DNA from: Halomicrobium mukohataei DSM 12286
GTDB taxonomy: Archaea > Halobacteriota > Halobacteria > Halobacteriales > Haloarculaceae
Assembly (NCBI RefSeq): GCF_000023965.1
Contig: NC_013202.1
Location: 2,970,001 to 3,002,000 of the forward strand
Length of the DNA: 32,000 bases
Direction of reading: 5' to 3'
Part shown: piece by piece, positions 31,535 through 32,000 of the stretch
Numbering within the stretch: position 1 is the first letter of the stretch
Layout of the letters: each line of letters opens with the position of its first letter
Translations under genes and position numbers: made by a program
Notes under the pieces: model-generated
Seen by the model: only the letters and a program-made list of their open reading frames with translations
What the model was told of the DNA's origin: nothing
The model's database searches: none

Positions 31535-32000
31535 TCAGCTGATGAACTCGTTGTTGCGCCAGTCGACGCTCTCGTTTTCGGCGTCGTCGCGGGGTTCCTC
31601 GACGACGTTGATCGTCGCAGGGAGTTCCTCGCCGTCGACGATCCGGACCGCTTCGAGGCTCTCGTCGACACAGACGATCGCGGTAAGAGTGCCTTTCTCG
31701 GCGTTTTTCGCGACTTCACAGAGGACCTGGAACATCGGATACTGCAGGGCCGTGTTCTGGAGGACCGTTTCGAGGTCGCCCTTGAAGCAGGCGTACTCGA
31801 CCAGCTCCGACGGGATCTCTTCTTCTTCCTCCTCGAATGAACCCCACTGGGGACTGCCACCACCGCTGTTGGGACCGGGTCCGGGTCCGTCCATCTCTTC
31901 GGGATCTTCCTCGTAGACCCGATTCTCCGTGACGCTGGCCTTCAACTGGGCCGTCGGCGTGTACTTGCTGATCGTGTCGTCGGCCGAGACAGCGCTGATG
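31535..32000 (-). CDS. Hypothetical acidic protein, 5' end outside the window
   Basis: The reading frame stays open to position 32000 (...ISAVSADDTISKYTPTAQLKASVTENRVYEEDPEE...). The TTG at 31945 in the ORF track is probably internal. I recognised no motif. Confidence 0.55.
   Translation of the reverse strand, partial: ISAVSADDTISKYTPTAQLKASVTENRVYEEDPEEMDGPGPGPNSGGGSPQWGSFEEEEEEIPSELVEYACFKGDLETVLQNTALQYPMFQVLCEVAKNAEKGTLTAIVCVDESLEAVRIVDGEELPATINVVEEPRDDAENESVDWRNNEFIS

Overview
This is a high-G+C chromosomal segment, roughly two-thirds G+C by eye, that reads as a haloarchaeon (class Halobacteria). The evidence is very acidic predicted proteins, a halocyanin, an Htr-type transducer, Tat signals, TATA-like boxes about 25-30 nt upstream of many ATGs (leaderless-type starts), and long Arg/Ser-rich shadow ORFs antisense to real genes. 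I call about 40 protein genes. By eye I found no rRNA, tRNA or CRISPR array.

Most of the window is housekeeping:
- a TFS-like zinc-ribbon factor
- a geranylgeranyl-reductase-family flavoprotein
- an NAD-kinase-like protein
- a tightly packed cytochrome bc operon (halocyanin, Rieske, cytochrome b, subunit IV) with several small accessory membrane proteins
- endonuclease III, a Cys-less redoxin-fold protein, a GNAT acetyltransferase and RtcB
- acyl-CoA dehydrogenase, a kinase-fold protein and an EamA transporter
- a small flavoprotein and a methyl-accepting transducer with an unusual His-rich 6-TM sensor
- an SRPBCC protein, glutamate dehydrogenase, a CitE-like lyase and a PAPS-reductase/CysD-like protein

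The accessory-looking part is about 23.2-30.4 kb. It holds a four-gene minus-strand operon: a vWA protein, a Hanks kinase fused to FHA, a PP2C phosphatase, and a multi-zinc-ribbon FHA protein. This operon is my best candidate for an uncharacterised system. It resembles the Sulfolobus ArnA/ArnB module and the vWA+PP2C+kinase triad, but with writer, eraser and two readers in one operon.

Two members of one MITE family bracket the operon: 185 bp at 23263-23447 and 536 bp at 28522-29057. Each has 17-bp terminal inverted repeats and its own 8-bp target-site duplication. The larger copy carries a dense array of unrelated perfect stem-loops. Downstream lies a cluster of small membrane and winged-helix genes.

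Other structure not explained by genes:
- a ~70-bp palindromic element with T5 on both strands, present twice
- a ~56-bp duplication of a gene's 3' end flanking one of those copies
- a second stem-loop array at the window start
- a 28-nt-arm inverted repeat in a divergent promoter region

All functional names rest on motif recognition by eye. No database search was possible.
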